Of a stretch of 20,000 nt of DNA, positions 17,760-20,000 are shown piece by piece. The notes below the pieces were generated by a model. It was not told where the DNA came from and ran no database searches. It saw nothing but the letters and a program-made list of their open reading frames with translations. Each line of letters starts with the position of its first letter. The stretch's first letter is position 1. Both the position numbers and the translations under genes were made by a program. The stretch is from Trichinella spiralis (lineage: Eukaryota), in the NCBI RefSeq assembly GCF_000181795.1, contig NW_003526948.1, positions 487,554 to 507,553 on the forward strand, in the 5' to 3' direction.

Positions 17760-20000
17760 ACATCACCGGTATCTGAACTTAATTTTTATGAATCTCAACA
17801 TATTTTTAAAACATATTTTATCTAACTGTTTCATCCATATTCATACTGTTTGTGATGTATTCATATGTTTATCTGAGTTGTTAAATAATAATTTAAAGTA
17901 GAATATATTTATAAAGATATACAGATGACTACTGAAAGTAAATTATTCTTAATCTATTTGTTAGTTGTTGTTGAATTTTCGCGCACTGTATTTTTCATCT
18001 CACCAACTATTTCAAAATTCCTTTCTTGTGCATATTTCAAGTGCAATATTTTACTTCTTTGAGCAATACGTTTTTCCGTCAGTTTACGGTCTTTGACACC
18101 ATTTAGAAAAAGTTTCAAATGTCGTTCAACAATAAATATTTATCTATGACTAATTTATCTTTTCATAACACTCAATTGAATCGACATATTACTGGCGTAT
18201 GTTCATTAGTACCTACACATGAAGCGTATGCTTTGCATGTATTGGCTTGGTTGGAAAACAAGCATTCGTGGAAAAACAGCCGGCTTATCATCTTCATTAT
18301 TCACTTACCTTTTCATTGATATGAAAGTGCGGCAATTCGACATTCTTTTCGCTATGTCAACAATGAGTGAATCCCGCTTTGCAAAATGATCATTTATGCT
18401 GCTAACTGGCGTAACAGTTGATTAAAAAGGTAATGAAAATAAATGAGATAAATAAATAATAAATAGGTAATGAAACAAATCATGACAAATTAACGAGCTC
18501 ATTCTTAGAGTTTATTTGAATATTTAGATATATCAACTTAACAGTTCAGCAAAATAAATTCCATGTCTTTTGAAGAGTGCAACGAACTGTAAAATGCTCG
18601 CATGACAACTGCAAAACATATTGCGCTAGTTGAAGGTATGAAATTTTTCAGTAACAAGCAATTGACAATTCTTTTGAGAAATTTCATAAAACTTCACATG
18701 TAGGAACGTGACATTGTAGGAGAGGAAAAATGCAATATTGGATTACATCTGCAATTATCATTAATAATTTTCATCAACTCATATCTGAAGAATATAAAAT
18801 CAAAAATTGCGAAAAAAAGAATTCAAACTAAAGGATTTTGTAATGCAAAACTGAAAACCATGAACAATTTTCTTTCAAAGGAGCCACCAATTTTGGAACA
18901 AAACTTTAATGGACGCAACACAAAAATTCGTAAAATGATTGTCAGAGCATAAATATTTGACAAATCTATTACATATCAAAAGTAAACATTCATGGAATGG
19001 GAACTTAATTGCCATGCTTTCCATAGATTACGCATCTGATTGATACCACATGTGTGGCTACCTGAATTTACTTTCGTTAAAAACAAAGATGCAAGGCCGA
19101 TTTGCATAATTAGCATAATGCGTACTCGCCCAGAGCTGAAATTCATTACAATTGCTATAAAATTAAACAAATTCACAATTTATAACAAATTATTGGGCTC
19201 ATGCATGGTATTTGCTCGATTCTTTTGAGGAATCCAACAGTATGTACAGTGCAAATTATATCCAGCGCCGCAGAAATTTTGGCGAATTGTAAAGAAATTT
19301 GATGGTAAGTGCAAATAAAACTGTGCCAATAAAAGGTATGTAAATTTTGAATAATGAGCAATCGATGATTTTTTGGGAAATTTAATAAAATTGAAGGTTT
19401 GAGCATTTGAACTTTATAGAATGAAAAGAATGGTATCTTGCACGAAAATAGCTTTCTGATGTGATAATTTTGGATAATTCATATCTCTAAAGTGTAATAA
19501 GTGAAAAAAATTGAAGGAAGAAAATTTTTAATTTTGAAAATGACGGTTATTTAAATGAAAATCAGGAATAATTCCTATTAAAATGACTTACTCTTTTTTG
19601 GTGAAAACATTGATAGTCACTATGCAAAAATTAATGAAACAATTGCATATGCATATTTCTTTATTTTTTGCTCTTCATTCCTTTGTACTTCGACACCATT
19701 AAAATCTCATTTCTGTTGCACTTTTTTGATATATCTCAACAAATACACAATCAGGATCTGTCGGCATAATTTCACAATAATTAGCAAATAATTCTCTACC
19801 AATATATATCAATCGCCTTAATTTTTTGAGAAAAAAATCTTTCTCCAAAATTGCAAAATTTCATGGGCTATAAACATGGTTGTTTTCGCAAAAAACGGCG
19901 AAAAATTTGATTTCCAAATTTGGAATATTTTTGATCGTAATAATTTCATACTGCTAAAATAAAGTGCTTTCTAGAATATCAACAAATACATTTCAGTAGT

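Noticed and set aside
18425..18480. Short direct repeat AGGTAATGAAA x2 with an AAAT-rich spacer
   Set aside because: Only two short copies in low-complexity DNA; not an array, CRISPR or transposon end.
1..20000. Prokaryotic-type systems (CRISPR, defence islands, IS elements), tRNA/rRNA/snRNA genes
   Set aside because: The sequence is intron-containing eukaryotic DNA; I saw no repeat-spacer array, transposase or RT fragment, or RNA-gene signature. Divergent small RNAs cannot be excluded without an Infernal/Rfam scan.

Overview
AT-rich eukaryotic genomic DNA with many short GT-AG introns (mostly 47-100 nt). The ORF track is therefore fragmentary, and I rebuilt gene models by hand from splice sites and reading phase. 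Intron size, relaxed 3' splice sites and gene content suggest a nematode, most like clade I (e.g. Trichinella); this is inference. Six intact protein-coding genes are supported: OXA1L-like insertase (+, 8 exons), a secreted 2x Kunitz + CBM14 protein (+, 4 exons), an intronless GT10 alpha-1,3-fucosyltransferase-like gene (-), DNAJA2-like Hsp40 (+, 11 exons), prolidase PEPD (+, 14 exons) and a FAAH2-like amidase (+, 6 exons). I recognised no CRISPR array, tRNA/rRNA or mobile element, and no clear novel multi-gene system. The best leads are the exon-shuffled Kunitz-Kunitz-CBM14 protein, the GT10 enzyme with a Tyr->Trp change in its donor-binding motif and a signal-peptide-like N-terminus, a possible OXA1L-Kunitz operon, a cryptic donor that would remove the DNAJA CaaX box, and apparent conservation of vertebrate exon sizes in PEPD and DNAJA.
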